Assembly (NCBI GenBank): GCA_026389695.1
Contig: JAPLHI010000037.1
Span: 1-34,970 of the forward strand
Length of the DNA: 34,970 nucleotides
Source of the DNA: Chloroflexota bacterium
Lineage (GTDB): Bacteria; Chloroflexota; Dehalococcoidia; GIF9; UBA5629
Direction: 5' to 3'
In this document: piece by piece, positions 34,191 through 34,970 of the stretch
Layout of the letters: each line of letters opens with the position of its first letter
How positions within the stretch are numbered: position 1 is the stretch's first letter
Translations under genes and position numbers: made by a program
Notes under the pieces: generated by a model
Database searches by the model: none
Seen by the model: the letters and a program-made list of their open reading frames with translations, nothing else
Told to the model about the DNA's origin: nothing

Positions 34191-34970
34191 ATGAGGGAAG
34201 CAAATTCCTGGAACGGTAAAGATATACGGGATATGTTTGCCGCAGGAAGCAACTGGATGGAAAAAAGTGTTGCTGATATCAACGCTATCAATGTCTTTCC
34301 GGTGCCCGACGGCGACACAGGGACGAATATGCTGCTTACTCTGCGCTCCGTAATAGAAGAAGCAGATAGGGCAGGTGAGAGTAATGTAGGTGCTATGACT
34401 AAAGCAATGTCGCATGGCGCGTTGCTTGGAGCGAGAGGTAATTCAGGCGTAATCCTCTCACAGATTTTTAGAGGTTTAGCCCGGGGTTTTGATGGAAAAT
34501 CTACATTTAATGGAGCTGACTGGGCACAGGCTTTCACGCAAGCTTCCAAGACTGCCTATGAAGGTTTGTCTAACCCGGTTGAAGGTACCATATTGACGGT
34601 GATCAGGGAAGCCGCAACCAAAGCACAAAAGGTTGCGGAAAAAAATCCCGACGATTTTATCAGTATCCTCCAGGCAGCAGTTGATGAAGCCAGAGATTCG
34701 GTGGGCAGAACGCCTACGCTGTTGGCAGCGTTGATGGAAGCGGGTGTTGTGGATGCTGGTGGGCAGGGACTTTACATATTACTCGATGGCGCTCTCAGAT
34801 TTTTAAGGGGTGAACTGGATGATTTGCAATATCGCAAACCGCAGATGGTGAGTGCCAATATTACCGCTACCAAATCTTTTGATAGGGTTTCATCTGAAGA
34901 AGAGGAGGCTTACGGCTATTGCACCAATTTTTTGATGGAAGGGCAGAACCTTGATCCTGAAAAAATCAGG
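34191..34970 (+). CDS. yloV: DAK2 domain fusion protein YloV family, N-terminal 260 codons (continues beyond the window end)
   Basis: Hand translation: MREANSWNGKDIRDMFAAGSNWMEKSVADINAINVFPVPDGDTGTNM...GARGNSGVILSQIFRG...NPVEGTILTV...AGVVDAGGQGLYILLDG. The frame stays open to the window end. It is divergent from rpmB, as in Firmicutes. It is absent from the ORF track because no stop occurs. Confidence 0.88.
   Translation, partial: MREANSWNGKDIRDMFAAGSNWMEKSVADINAINVFPVPDGDTGTNMLLTLRSVIEEADRAGESNVGAMTKAMSHGALLGARGNSGVILSQIFRGLARGFDGKSTFNGADWAQAFTQASKTAYEGLSNPVEGTILTVIREAATKAQKVAEKNPDDFISILQAAVDEARDSVGRTPTLLAALMEAGVVDAGGQGLYILLDGALRFLRGELDDLQYRKPQMVSANITATKSFDRVSSEEEEAYGYCTNFLMEGQNLDPEKIR

Noticed and set aside
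34115-34549. A 144-aa minus-strand ORF downstream of rpmB
   Set aside because: The plus-strand frame from ATG 34191 gives an unmistakable DAK2/YloV sequence (DGDTGTNM, GARGNSG, DAGGQG) behind a good SD. The minus-strand ORF is its shadow.
1-34970. CRISPR arrays, tRNA/rRNA genes, IS elements, integrases, toxin-antitoxin pairs
   Set aside because: No spaced direct repeats, tRNA-like cloverleaf sequences (no GGTTCGAAT-type T-arm) or transposase/recombinase-like ORFs were seen. Every intergenic gap is 160 nt or shorter. This was visual inspection only, so short or degenerate repeats could have been missed.

Overview
The window is a bacterial chromosomal segment made almost entirely of housekeeping operons. 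I saw no rRNA, tRNA, CRISPR array, IS element, integrase or recognisable defence system by eye. Gene order, left to right:
- Minus strand: hisZ-hisG-hisD, with hisD running off the left edge.
- Plus strand: a MerR/GyrI-like regulator, then an NfeD protease and SPFH/stomatin pair.
- birA (minus strand) divergent from a canonical sirtuin.
- A lipoprotein with PKD/Ig-like domains.
- Minus strand: a pur operon (small ferritin-like ORF, 30-codon basic ORF, purD, purE, purB, purC and an unlisted 58-codon purS).
- Minus strand: an IscU-like, Mrp/NBP35-like and PRC-barrel cluster.
- A short holA.
- A glycogen cluster (glgC, glgA, ROK glucokinase, GH57, PRC-barrel, GH57).
- mutS, then argJ-argB-argD-argG-argH-rpe.
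- rpmB (minus strand) and a partial DAK2/YloV gene.

Nothing here resembles a known mobile or defence island. The leads worth a second look are:
1. A 475-aa tandem-duplicated HisG whose two halves have lost complementary motifs, next to a HisZ that seems to keep a C-terminal anticodon-binding-like domain.
2. An EncFtn-like two-helix protein and a translationally coupled 30-aa lysine-rich micro-ORF leading the pur operon.
3. A PRC-barrel, Mrp (no CxxC) and IscU-like (altered Cys ligands) cluster.
4. A glycogen cluster that uses only GH57 enzymes and has a second PRC-barrel gene embedded in it.
5. Two 3'-truncated housekeeping genes (purS, holA) that bracket a 7.4-kb block, plus a G+C step near 8 kb. 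Together these suggest rearrangement, segmental duplication or chimeric assembly.

All functional calls come from motif recognition by eye. No database search was run.
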